Positions 45,295 through 56,202 of a DNA stretch of 64,000 bases are shown here, in pieces; the first letter of the stretch is position 1, and every line of letters begins with the position of its first letter. The stretch is from Babesia bigemina (lineage: Eukaryota). The stretch covers positions 124,001 through 188,000 of the forward strand of contig NC_027217.1 of assembly GCF_000981445.1 (NCBI RefSeq), in the 5' to 3' direction. Below the pieces are notes generated by a model that did not search any database, was not told where the DNA came from, and was given only the letters and a program-made list of their open reading frames with translations. The position numbers and the translations under genes were made by a program.

Positions 45295-45852
45295 ATGGTG
45301 ACGATATGGAACGGTCAAGAGTGTACCAAGTGTGGTAACAAATGTCGAAGGGCTCAAGAGTGTAATTGCTGTCCTTGGTGTTGTTATGAGTGCAATAAGG
45401 CAGGTGTGGAAAATTGCGATGTATGTTGGTATCATATCTGGAAGCGCAAAGGAGGCTCGATGCGTTACGATTGCAGGAATTTCGGTTGTGAAACAAAATG
45501 TGCAGGCAAGGAGCACACATGTCAATGTACATGTTGTAGAGCGAAATGTCAAGTACCTGGCGCCTGCAGTCCCCCCGCTCCGCGGCCTCCCGTACCTTCC
45601 CCCGGTGCTGAGCGTCAGACAAGTGAACGGAGGTTGACCGATTCCTCCACTGAAGAAAGTTCCGCTCGCAGTTCCGATGCAGAAACCTCCACACCTCCCC
45701 CCCCTGACCCCCAAGCCATCGCCGCCGTCATCGTTGCCATCATCGTCGCCATCGTCCTGCTCGACCTGTGCATCTTCCGCTTCCCGGTGGGCCGCAACAT
45801 CCGCGATTTCCTCGTCCGGAAGATACCGTTCTGCATCGCGTTCTACAGCTAA
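45295..45852 (+). CDS. Small cysteine-rich single-pass membrane protein, copy 2
   Basis: CNCCPWCCYEC..CQCTCC domain, Pro/Ser stalk, TM AIAAVIVAIIVAIVLLDLCIF, tail RFPVGRNIRDFLVR. Paralog of 28323-28811. Confidence 0.75.
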   Translation: MVTIWNGQECTKCGNKCRRAQECNCCPWCCYECNKAGVENCDVCWYHIWKRKGGSMRYDCRNFGCETKCAGKEHTCQCTCCRAKCQVPGACSPPAPRPPVPSPGAERQTSERRLTDSSTEESSARSSDAETSTPPPPDPQAIAAVIVAIIVAIVLLDLCIFRFPVGRNIRDFLVRKIPFCIAFYS

Positions 45853-46805
45853 ACTGAACGATTTAGTAGCGCAATTACCTTATGGTATTATACATGAAGG
45901 TCAGAGTGCTTGTCAAATGACCTATTTTTACATGTTTCATAATCGTTGATCCGCCGACACAGCGAGACGTTTAAATACTATATTCTTATATAGCATTCAA
46001 TGCGCTTCGGCAATATTACCGGGATCTATCATGGTGACCTGTTGTACGTGTCAGTCGGACGCCAATACACGTTCTATATCTGCACTCATCTTATCCCCTC
46101 CAGGTCGTGAGACCCAATAGATGTCGATACCCTGCTCTCTGATATCATGAAAATTGTCTCTTTCTACTACGACGTGTACTACTTTGACGACTGACAAGTT
46201 GGGCAACTTGGAGCCCAACAGTTGTCACCGTATTCGTTACCTCTTGTTGGCTTGGGATGGATTTCAGTGTAGTAGTGATGAGTTGCGTTACTGTGTCATA
46301 TGCAGTGCCATGGTGTCATGCGGGTTCGCAATATGACGTGCAACTAGCAGACAATGCAGCGGAATTCAGACAATGTTTCCACACAGCTAACCTAACAACT
46401 GCCTCGTGACGTACTAAAAATGTTTAGTGGTAGACTAATTTGCTAGTTCCGTGTGGATTGTGTGATTTCGATGTCGGTATGCTGGAAAAAATTTACAATA
46501 CTTGCCGACCCGCCACTCGTCAGTCTCGCCTAAATTACGGAGGGTGACTGCAGCCATGAAAAAGTGTACCATTAACGCAATAGTTCGACCCAACCACAGA
46601 AGCAGTCTAATGTATGTATAATCACAATGACCACATCACAAACGGGTGATTATATGTAGACATTACAGATACATTATATTACGGGTGTAGCCGTGGGGTT
46701 ACAATATTAGTGAAAGTGGGCTAGGTGGTAAACGAGTACTGCGGCGGGGTTGACTGGTGCAAAGACGAAATCGTAATGTGCAATAACAAAGACACAGCGC
46801 CTGGA

Positions 46806-49800
46806 TTACGACAAATGGTATGCGTCTCCGTCATCGTCCTTGTCGTATCCGTAATCTGACCCTTGGTAACGATTACCGTCCCGTTTCAGGGCGTTGGTGG
46901 TAAGCCGAGCAATGTAATAATTGATAATGTCTTCTTTAGTTCTCCCATATCGGGCCATTTGACTTTCAATTATATCCCAGTCTTCGCCATATATACGATA
47001 TAGCCGTACGAACGCTGCAACCTCCTTTTCTGACCAATCTACGACAGTCCTTTGCGGCGCCTGTGTAGGATTGTAGGTTTCAGCTTCTTCGGCACTTTCA
47101 CCGTCATCGTAATTTCCCACATGTACGTCCTGCAACTGCGATCTTTCCATCCACCTGGGGTTTTCCACGACATGGGATGTGCGGCTTTCTTGGTGCGCCG
47201 TAAAAGCAGGTGCATTAATGGGATAGCCGCTGCTGCGGTGCGATTCATCCATCGCCTGATATGATTCTTCGACATTTGAGTCATATGCGTCATAACCCAT
47301 AGGATCTTGTACATTTTCTTCGTCACTCTGGGTTTCGTACTGCGGCGTCACGGGTTCTGACACAGAATCTTCCACTTCTTCCTCCTCAGCGGAGTACTCT
47401 GGCGTGTCTTCCGCACGGTTCCAATCGGGTGATGGACTGTCGTACTGCTCGGAATCATCTGCATAGTTCATGTCGTGGCTTTCGGTGTCTTCCATGTCTG
47501 AAGTGCCATCCACCAGAGTTGCCGAATACCTGCGCTTGAATTGCATTACGTTCGCCCCCACTCTTGTATCTATACGCTGCTGGTCAGCGATTGTGTCCTG
47601 CATGACTGCCTCCAGCACAGATCGCCCAGCGACCTTTTTGGAACAAATGGGCTTTAGTGACATGAAATGATCCGTCTTTACAGCGCTCATCACCGAAGAC
47701 AGTTGCTGCGGATCGCCGAAGTCACGGCAGCCATTCATGATGAGGCAACCGCGTCTTAGCGTAGTTTCAGCATCTCCGGGCATTGTTTTCAGCGGTAATT
47801 GCATATTCTTGCGCGTAGTGAGACACCGGAACTTCGTAGGAACGAAGTAACCCTCGTTCAAGTTGTCCAGCATTAATTGGAAGCTGTCTTCCATCGGTGA
47901 CCAGTTTCCACGGTGCTCGGTTAACGCCACATCATACGGTTTGACGTTGTCCACAACCGCAGTGCTTAGTAGGTGGTCGTTGACTGTTGTGAATGCGAAA
48001 CTGTTCTGCTCGCAGAGACTTTTCACGCTGTCAGTGTAGCAGTCGTCTAGTATGCTATCAATGGCTTGCATAACGTGAGCATCACGCCTGACGAATCGTG
48101 ACACATCGTACTTGTTTTTCGGTTTTGACTTCATATCGTTGATGCGCTCCTTAAGCTTCAGCCTATACTTGTATTTGTAGTAGAAGGACACGCAGTCGCC
48201 GCACGTTTTGTTTTCGATGAACTGAGCTATTTTGGCAAAGTTTTTGGGATACATGAGGTATTTCTCAACAAATATCCGGCACTCGTTTCGTGTCCACACG
48301 TTGCTGATGCGGCCATTAATTTCTTCAGCCAAGACGGCCTCCGATGGGAGTGAATTGCGCCTGTCATACTGCACGCAATGGTCGAGCTTATAATAGTTGT
48401 AATCTGGGGACGTCATGATTTGATATATTGGCACTGTTTTGAAGTTTGGAATGCAGTGCAACGGGTCGCTCAAAGTGTCCATGCACGAATACGTCCATCG
48501 TAATCCAGGCCCAGTGAGGTTGCTGTAACTTGGCGCCAGCCACACCGGTGCTCTGCTCCCATCATCCTCATAATTGTCCGTAACTGCAGCCTCTGGACCC
48601 AAACGTCGACGCCCGGCGTTCGGTTTTCTTGTTGTGTGTATCTGCTGGTAGTCCGACATCTCCATCTCCTTATCGTCGCGGGCGTTTTGCGCCAGCGTGC
48701 TGAATCTTTGCTGCTGGTTGCAGATATCCCCGATGCCGTAGCTGTTAACTTCGAATGGTGACAATACATTGTTGGTTATATAGGGCCAATTGATGTCGTT
48801 TTGTTTAAACCCGGCCGGCAGTGGTACGAAATTGTTGGGCTCATCCAATGCTCTTACGGGCAGAACACCCCATGCGAAATCATCCACTTTCGGTGCAGCG
48901 GCTTTCATACGCCTCAGGTAATGGTGCCACCGGCGTTTGTACAGCTTGCAAGCATGCGCTTCCGCATTTAAGATCTCGTTGCGCACAAGTATGTGTTCTC
49001 GCATAACCTGAAGCACCCTTTTAACGCAGAGCGGCACTACCACCATATCCCTTAGCAGTTCGGAACATGCCAATGTCTCAGAGTCACCATTCGTGTTCGC
49101 ATCTACAAAATCCTTGATTATTGTGGGGGAACTGGTATCAGTGCCGATCGTCGAAGCATCGTCCGCATAAGGGGTAGCGGAGCTCTCGACTAGGGTTCCT
49201 GCGCCGCTGTTGCTGGACACATCATCGTATACCCTGACATTTGTTGGGGTATTGCTGACAAGCTCATCCAGATGATGCAACATCACCAGGCTTCTGTCCA
49301 TAATGCACTCATCCAGCATAATATCCTCGCTCTGAGTCCTTTCGTCGGAGTCAGGCGGGCACATACCCTCTAGATCTTCCAATACGCCATAGCTACGGTG
49401 CACTTCAACCCTGGGCGCACGTTTGAACCGTTGTGACATTATCTCCAATGTGTCGATTGACTCGAACCGCCAGGGCATGATGCAGCTCGGCGCGTACGGC
49501 AGATACAACGCTATTTCCACGTAGTCTTCGGAATTGGGGTCATCAATGAGACACTCGCTACTCAATTTAAGCTTTTCTCGTGTCAGTTGCGAAACATCGA
49601 TCTCCAGCGCGTCAAAACAATCCGTGAACTCGTTTTTACGCAGTATACGATGCAGTTCCCGCTGCTCTTTTGCAAGGGTATCCACGGCATCCCATAGCGT
49701 GAAACTACTGAGATCCTTGAATTCCTTGAGCTTTAACATCGGTGCGTCCTCAACCTGTGTGATTCCTTCTGGGTTGGCATTGCGATCGTAGGTATCCGGA

Positions 49801-52331
49801 GACCCTTGTGAAAATAACGCACAGTTACCGCCCGACAAGTTGCCCCCATCGCAAGTTAGGGGTTGGCTTATGGTGTGACCATCAGATGGGTTATTGGTAT
49901 TAAATGCACCATGGAGCCCAAGTTCGCTTGGCATATCTTTCCCACAGTCGGTGTGGTCGGGTGTCTCATTGCTGTGAACATCATCCTTGATCGCGTCCGT
50001 TATAATATCCAGCTTGCAAACGAAGGGACTGCGTTGTTTCCATGAGAGTGGTATGTGTTCAGCCTTGATCCGCAAAGTGAACCTCTCCTGCAGAACGCCT
50101 TCTCGAGGCAGATTAGGGTATTCTGCATCCAGCATGTTCTCAGGGCATTCCATGTCGTGCCATACAATCCCACTATTACCCTGACGACGATTTTTTGAGT
50201 TATCATGAATCACTCGGTCGATTAACCTTCGATCGGAGAGGCAGTTGCAGAAACAGACACACTTCCCCAGCATCGAAGCTAACATGTCAGTTCTTGCGAG
50301 GGCGGTCTCCACCTCGAAGCGCAAACTTTCCGCATCATTAGCATTGCTTGATCCTGAATGCTTCGTACGCTTATACTCAGTAGTGCATGTATCCTTACAG
50401 GTGCAGCACCTTGGGCAGCACATGTCATTATTGCAGGAATGCTCGCTTGACCCTACCCATTCAGGCCTTGGTATACGCACTTCAGCGATGGCGCTGTGGC
50501 AAACATCTTTCAAAAACCCGGCATACGCGTTGAATTGCGCCTTTAGATTTGAATCTAGGATGGATTTGGCGAAATCAGGGTCGGAAGTCCACGGCCCAGT
50601 CTTGCCGAGGCCTTCCTCGTCGGATTCCTCCAGGGCCTCACCATACTCTGCACCTTCAGCATAGTCACTTGGTTGTATTTGACGCGTTGCAGAGGCACCA
50701 TTTATATTGCAAATTGCATCGGCAGATTCTACCTTACATATACTGGGCTCGAGATCGCCTGTGCAATGCTTTCCATCGTTCGGCAGCTTGCCCTCTGGCA
50801 CCTTCTCGTTTTGATGCTCCCACACATAACAACCAGCAGCTGTGTAGCAGTCGGTAAGCGCTTGCGCCTCGAACGACTGCTTGCTGGTGCTGCACAACCC
50901 TTGGACGCAAGCCAGTCCGTCGCTGAAGGTAATGCACGGCGATGCTGTAACTACTCCGCGATATTGGGAGAAGGAATCGTTCAACTCAGGGTTACCATTT
51001 TCCGCATCGTCGGTGATGTCTACAGACCTCCCTGGAGAGTTTTCTCGCGTTTGTTTCACACCATCAACGACATCTGGGCTGTAATGCCAGTTCAAGAGTA
51101 GCTTTGAGTATTGCAGGGCTACAATGTTGTGCCGAGTTTCTCTAACGAGTGATTTCAGAGCATCCTCAAGCTGTGCAAGCGTTTCGGAGTCCATAGGTAG
51201 CCCTGCTTGTTCTGGACATGCGTCCGCATCACCGTCCTTCCCTATAAGTCGCTTCTTGACTACGCTTACAGCCTGAACAACATCCATCATCTGGTCTACC
51301 ATCTCCCTCTTCACCCTTTTGGCGGCACTTTCCATGTTTTTAAGGTGTCCTCTGTCTTGATCATGCAAGGGCAACGGTGCTTGCGTCGCTGGAGTGATAA
51401 CGGGCAAAATGTCCTCCGTGTCTGTACCACTTTCAGCACCCGATACTTCTGGAAGTTGTTCTTCTACACCAACATCCGCGTGCTCTGACGTCTTACGGGT
51501 ATACGGTCTCTGCTGCCGGTGCCTTTGTGCATGTACTGCTTGCATCCCGTCTTCACCGCCTCCTGTGTCAATGCGTTCCGTCCTCCTTCTGTACTTCACA
51601 CTGCTACAATAGCGCCGCTTGTAAGGGTTGCTGGAATATTCATAATGCGTTAGCAAGTCTTCATCGTCGGTCATGTGAGCAAGGCTTGGGGCCTGCACCG
51701 CAGCCTGCCTCGATCCACGCCTGGCAGGCTGTTGTTGAGTTGCGGTTGCTGATGACGAATAATCACGCTTTGTTCTCTTACGCCCCACCCTAGGGTCAAT
51801 GACGTCATCGACCCTGATTTTGACGAACGTGTTGTTGCAGTACCCAAAAGGCAACGAAACGAGTGATGCCGGGTTGAACCTAAGGGACGAAGAAGAAGAT
51901 CGGCAATGACTGAGCAGCGAGTAACCGTCTTGTTTTCTTGTCGGCGTAGCTGTGCTTCCAACCTGCGCCGTATCAGCAACGCCTTGGCTTCCAGATCCGC
52001 CCGACGTCCTTGCCATTGGCGATTCCTGCGGCGTGTGCATTCTCTTCGGCCACGGGCTGGTTACAGCATCGTCTGTCGTGTTCAATGCAGCTCTAGGGCT
52101 GGGCGCCATTATCGTGTTGCCACTCGCACGCGGACTCTGCCGTCCCCTGCTGCCATATCCACGTGACATAGGGCTGCGCACAGACTTGTCTGAGCTTCTT
52201 TGCGACAGCCTGTTCATGAATAATTCATGGGCACGATGGTTGATGCCGGACATGAGTCTCAGGAGTGAGAGCGAGGGCGACATACACTCCAACGACGCTG
52301 GAGTGCCCCGCGGAACGTCCCTTCGATCCAT
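46806..52331 (-). CDS. Large double SANT/Myb-domain protein (N-CoR/Snt1-like chromatin cofactor)
   Basis: WTRNECRIFVEKYLMYPKNFAKIAQFIENKTCGDCVSFYY (N-CoR SANT1-like) and WSEKEVAAFVRLYRIYGEDWDII; 1841-aa single ORF. Confidence 0.75.
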   Translation of the reverse strand: MDRRDVPRGTPASLECMSPSLSLLRLMSGINHRAHELFMNRLSQRSSDKSVRSPMSRGYGSRGRQSPRASGNTIMAPSPRAALNTTDDAVTSPWPKRMHTPQESPMARTSGGSGSQGVADTAQVGSTATPTRKQDGYSLLSHCRSSSSSLRFNPASLVSLPFGYCNNTFVKIRVDDVIDPRVGRKRTKRDYSSSATATQQQPARRGSRQAAVQAPSLAHMTDDEDLLTHYEYSSNPYKRRYCSSVKYRRRTERIDTGGGEDGMQAVHAQRHRQQRPYTRKTSEHADVGVEEQLPEVSGAESGTDTEDILPVITPATQAPLPLHDQDRGHLKNMESAAKRVKREMVDQMMDVVQAVSVVKKRLIGKDGDADACPEQAGLPMDSETLAQLEDALKSLVRETRHNIVALQYSKLLLNWHYSPDVVDGVKQTRENSPGRSVDITDDAENGNPELNDSFSQYRGVVTASPCITFSDGLACVQGLCSTSKQSFEAQALTDCYTAAGCYVWEHQNEKVPEGKLPNDGKHCTGDLEPSICKVESADAICNINGASATRQIQPSDYAEGAEYGEALEESDEEGLGKTGPWTSDPDFAKSILDSNLKAQFNAYAGFLKDVCHSAIAEVRIPRPEWVGSSEHSCNNDMCCPRCCTCKDTCTTEYKRTKHSGSSNANDAESLRFEVETALARTDMLASMLGKCVCFCNCLSDRRLIDRVIHDNSKNRRQGNSGIVWHDMECPENMLDAEYPNLPREGVLQERFTLRIKAEHIPLSWKQRSPFVCKLDIITDAIKDDVHSNETPDHTDCGKDMPSELGLHGAFNTNNPSDGHTISQPLTCDGGNLSGGNCALFSQGSPDTYDRNANPEGITQVEDAPMLKLKEFKDLSSFTLWDAVDTLAKEQRELHRILRKNEFTDCFDALEIDVSQLTREKLKLSSECLIDDPNSEDYVEIALYLPYAPSCIMPWRFESIDTLEIMSQRFKRAPRVEVHRSYGVLEDLEGMCPPDSDERTQSEDIMLDECIMDRSLVMLHHLDELVSNTPTNVRVYDDVSSNSGAGTLVESSATPYADDASTIGTDTSSPTIIKDFVDANTNGDSETLACSELLRDMVVVPLCVKRVLQVMREHILVRNEILNAEAHACKLYKRRWHHYLRRMKAAAPKVDDFAWGVLPVRALDEPNNFVPLPAGFKQNDINWPYITNNVLSPFEVNSYGIGDICNQQQRFSTLAQNARDDKEMEMSDYQQIHTTRKPNAGRRRLGPEAAVTDNYEDDGSRAPVWLAPSYSNLTGPGLRWTYSCMDTLSDPLHCIPNFKTVPIYQIMTSPDYNYYKLDHCVQYDRRNSLPSEAVLAEEINGRISNVWTRNECRIFVEKYLMYPKNFAKIAQFIENKTCGDCVSFYYKYKYRLKLKERINDMKSKPKNKYDVSRFVRRDAHVMQAIDSILDDCYTDSVKSLCEQNSFAFTTVNDHLLSTAVVDNVKPYDVALTEHRGNWSPMEDSFQLMLDNLNEGYFVPTKFRCLTTRKNMQLPLKTMPGDAETTLRRGCLIMNGCRDFGDPQQLSSVMSAVKTDHFMSLKPICSKKVAGRSVLEAVMQDTIADQQRIDTRVGANVMQFKRRYSATLVDGTSDMEDTESHDMNYADDSEQYDSPSPDWNRAEDTPEYSAEEEEVEDSVSEPVTPQYETQSDEENVQDPMGYDAYDSNVEESYQAMDESHRSSGYPINAPAFTAHQESRTSHVVENPRWMERSQLQDVHVGNYDDGESAEEAETYNPTQAPQRTVVDWSEKEVAAFVRLYRIYGEDWDIIESQMARYGRTKEDIINYYIARLTTNALKRDGNRYQGSDYGYDKDDDGDAYHLS

Positions 52332-53108
52332 CGTGATAAATTGACCAAAACTCCAATTTCAACTTTCCATGCTGTGGAATACTTTTGTTGAATCCACAAT
52401 ATTTATTTAAGCCATTTTGAAACCTCCTCACACGTATTGACGTGCCGGGTCAACATCAGGTGTTAGCCTGTCCTAATGCATCGCATGTCTACAGGGCTTT
52501 CTGACGAAGCCTATACTCTCTTGATGCACTGGTGTACAGTCGTGCGGTAGTACAGCATCGAAATATGCTTGGAAATTCCCTGTAAAAATATTGAGGTTGC
52601 GATATCTTATCCTCCAGGGTTGACTGTTCCGCGTTTTGAGTAAGCGCGGCGGAACGGTCCACACGATCCCGTGATAGTACTCCTTCAGAGTGACTCCGAC
52701 GCGTAATACCGTGGTATTTAGAGCGTGACCCTGTCTGAATACGCTCGCGGTAGTTTGGCCGATTCTTCGTCACGCACACGACGCGACATAAACGGAGACT
52801 CGGTGGTCCACTTAGGGCTCGAACTACTGTTTTATTTTACGAGGCGCGTCACTAATCGGCGCTCTTACGAGCATCGCCTCCCAAGCTACGTGGCAACGTC
52901 GTCCCCGCATCGCGCCGCCAGAACGCAATAAGGCTCTGACACGCGTTCAAAGTGTACGTACAAGGAATTACAATTTCAATACATGTGTACAGTTCCTATG
53001 TGTTGCTACGAGCCCAACGGAACCGTACACCCTACGCGTCGCGGTAGTGTTCGTTCAGGTGCCAGTTCCACGGATTCGAGTGGAATGTGTTACAACGTCC
53101 CGACCGCG

Positions 53109-55607
53109 TCATCGCAGGTAACTCACGAAGTCCGACCATCGTACGCGTTCTTCCACCGCGAGTGCGTTGGTTACGCGTTTTGTTTCCTCCATCGGTATCA
53201 GCCTGCCGGGCGTGTTGGCGAGGAACCTGGTGAACTGCGCAATGTCCATGGAGCAACGGTCGCCGTGCGGGCTGCTGTCGAATTCGGACCACGCGAGCGC
53301 TATCTCGCCGTTCTTCCAGCGCGCAAGCGCGTTCATGAAGTGCTGGACAGCGTTAGCCTCGCTCTCAGACAACATCAGCACCATGATGTTGTCGATTGTC
53401 TGGCGGGGGAGACCTTCGACTCTCAGCGCCATTTTGAGGTCCTTAATCATCGCCTTTCCCCGCCGCAGCCGCTTGCCCAGCTGCATAGTGTCCATGAGCT
53501 TGTGTATCCGGCAGACGAATAACGAGCTCTGTGACTCCAGGACGCTGATGATGTCGAGGTACATCCGTTTGAGCGCGTTAAGCCTGTTTATGGGTCTTAT
53601 CAATGACCTGAAGTAGCCAGGCACGTTGGCTGAACGCCCTGAAGTGGCGTACCACGGGTGTGATATGATCTCGAATGCGGTGGGTCGACTGTTGGGGTCG
53701 ACGCAGATCATTTTGCGCACGAGGTCGGTCAGATTGTCGTCCCTCCTGAATATTACGCCCCTGTCCAGGTGCCTCTCCACAGCCCTGGCGTACTGCACGT
53801 AATCCATGTGCTCGTCTGGCGCTATGCCGGTGACGAGGAACGCTAGTATCACACCAACCGACCATACGTCGCTTTTGTGGGTGACTTGCCCGTCCCTCGC
53901 CTCCGGTGCTACATGCATCATCGTGAGCGCAGATCCTCCTACGACGGTGTCCAGTAGCCCCCTGAGACCCGTGTCCCGGATTTTGACCTGGTTGTATTCG
54001 TGGTCTTGCATCATGACCTTGTCAATCGTTATCGACCCGTGCACGAGGTTGTTGCAGTGCAGATACAGCAGCGCCTCGATGACCTGGGACATCACAACCT
54101 GAACGAAGCCGGTGGTGTACTCCCTCTCGCTCTTGTTGCTGATGTGGTGCAGCAGCGACCCGCCCCGGCAAAACTCTGACACCACGTAGATGCTGTTGGC
54201 GTCCTGGTAGGCGTCCAAATACAGCGCCAGGTGTTGGCGTTGCAGCTGGGCCAAGCGCGCCACCTCAAGGGCAATCAGCTCGAACGGAGGCACCTTGTCC
54301 GTTTTGGTGATTATGTCGATGACTCGCATTTCTCCCGTCTCGATCTCCGTCGCTAGGAACTTGGAGCACGAGTAGCCACTGTACAGTTTTTTACGGAACT
54401 CGAATATATTGGATATCTTTACAAAGTTGCTGCACTGCTCCTGCCCCGGCTGGCCCTGCACGTGCAGGCCTGTCAGGTTAACGCACTGCATCACATCCAG
54501 AGCCCGTCTAACAACGTGCGCAACCTCCCAGTACAACATGATGAACGTTTCCCGGTCGATAATAGCTCCGTTTCCGATTCCGTAGAGTCTGAGCAGCCTT
54601 GTCACCGGCGCCCCGTCGATGGCCGGTATGTTGAGGGAGTGGACGAGGAAGTCCGCGATGTTGTTGAACGTCTTGAGCGACATACACCCGTCTCCGTACT
54701 GGATGTATATGTTTTCTGCGGTCTTGAGGAAGATCTCGGTGGAGTCGGTTTGGGAAAGGAATTCATCAATTGCCGAGTTGCAGGCCATTTGGTAGCCAGC
54801 ACCGTTCGTTTGCTGCACTCCGCGTTGCGCAATCTTTTCAATTGAGGGCGTTTGCGAGGACCCTGGCGTCGTGGTATCCTCGTTATCACGCGACATAACC
54901 CCTTGGATGAATGGGGGTTGTATTTCACTGCTGGTTTTGAGGGTCTCTATGGTGCGATACGGGTTTGCCATAGGACCCCTCGAGAACATCCGTTTGGTAT
55001 CCACCGGCTCGGGAGTTTCCTTTGCCGAGCAGTACGGCTTGCATATGTCTTCTAAAGCCTCCTTCCGTGTGTTACTGTACATTTTGAGCCTGAGCCACAA
55101 CTTGTTGCTATCCTCGCGTTCCTTCACAGCCCTGAAGTAGGCGCTCTTCAGCTTCTCTATCGACTGCTGTATTGCGTCTATCTCTTCGGCCGACACCGAG
55201 TTAGGCCTGGAATACGACATGTCCATTTTCACGCATTGGATGCACTCCTGGAGTTGCGCGTTCCATCGCCTTTCTAGGCTCTGGAATTCCGGTGACTCCC
55301 ACTTCACAAGGGCGTCATTGCGACAGCTTCCGGAGTCAGTGTCCAGACTGCGCGAACGTTCGTTGCCATGGCAAGCGTATGAGTCTCCGTAAAGGGCCGC
55401 ATTGCCGCTGGCTGTCCCGTCAGGCCTACCGAGCGGGCACGGCGAGCTGTATTGGTTGATTGCGCTGCACTCCCTCTGCGCGTGCTCATATTCGTTCTGC
55501 AACGCAGAGATCACCTCCTTCTTGAGCAGCACTAGCGTTTCAAACGCCTCCACGGAGTCGTCGGCTTTGGCAAATTTTTTAACGCCACTCCCTCTCGCGT
55601 CCACCAT
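53109..55607 (-). CDS. CDPK-like kinase-fold protein with degenerate EF-hands; probable pseudokinase
   Basis: IYVVSEFCRGGSLL, APE, KSDVWSVGVI and DPNSRPTA..HPW are present. HRD is HGS, DFG is DTG, and no VAIK lysine is visible (RVIDII). Confidence 0.75.
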   Translation of the reverse strand: MVDARGSGVKKFAKADDSVEAFETLVLLKKEVISALQNEYEHAQRECSAINQYSSPCPLGRPDGTASGNAALYGDSYACHGNERSRSLDTDSGSCRNDALVKWESPEFQSLERRWNAQLQECIQCVKMDMSYSRPNSVSAEEIDAIQQSIEKLKSAYFRAVKEREDSNKLWLRLKMYSNTRKEALEDICKPYCSAKETPEPVDTKRMFSRGPMANPYRTIETLKTSSEIQPPFIQGVMSRDNEDTTTPGSSQTPSIEKIAQRGVQQTNGAGYQMACNSAIDEFLSQTDSTEIFLKTAENIYIQYGDGCMSLKTFNNIADFLVHSLNIPAIDGAPVTRLLRLYGIGNGAIIDRETFIMLYWEVAHVVRRALDVMQCVNLTGLHVQGQPGQEQCSNFVKISNIFEFRKKLYSGYSCSKFLATEIETGEMRVIDIITKTDKVPPFELIALEVARLAQLQRQHLALYLDAYQDANSIYVVSEFCRGGSLLHHISNKSEREYTTGFVQVVMSQVIEALLYLHCNNLVHGSITIDKVMMQDHEYNQVKIRDTGLRGLLDTVVGGSALTMMHVAPEARDGQVTHKSDVWSVGVILAFLVTGIAPDEHMDYVQYARAVERHLDRGVIFRRDDNLTDLVRKMICVDPNSRPTAFEIISHPWYATSGRSANVPGYFRSLIRPINRLNALKRMYLDIISVLESQSSLFVCRIHKLMDTMQLGKRLRRGKAMIKDLKMALRVEGLPRQTIDNIMVLMLSESEANAVQHFMNALARWKNGEIALAWSEFDSSPHGDRCSMDIAQFTRFLANTPGRLIPMEETKRVTNALAVEERVRWSDFVSYLR

Positions 55608-56202
55608 CCTGCGGTTCTCACCACGTACGAGGTCACCAGAGAAGCGCGATTTAATTAACTACAGGTGAGCAACGAGGGCCTTACATTTGCATATTCACGT
55701 AGAGTCCTTGACTATTAATCTCCGGCGCTGTCTATTGCCCCTTAGGCAACGACCCTTCCAATACGTCAGCCCGGGAGCGAATTAAATTGCCAAACTCGAC
55801 TGCCTTTCACATACATATGACTCGCCCATACGCCATCAGCCCCGGAGCCTCAGCGCTGCGCTGGCGTTTTTAAAACTATGTGTGTATACACATCGGCAAG
55901 CCTCAAACCACATTTACCGAACGCTTCCTATCCGAATACGATGGACTGAGCCACCTCGGCATTTAACTGAACATATACCGCGACGCTGATGGCTGTTCCA
56001 GCCGCTGTTCACACGATACTACACACCTTGGGCTGTCGCTACGACCCACCGGCGGCATGTTCAGCGACAGCCATAAACTGCCGATAGCAAGCACGATTGA
56101 GCGGCAGATTCGTGATTGGTATTAATGTTGATTTATACATCGACGATCGGTTAGTCAGCAGCGAGGCAGCGGTTCGTGGAATCCCGAAGGCGCGCTTGCA
56201 GG

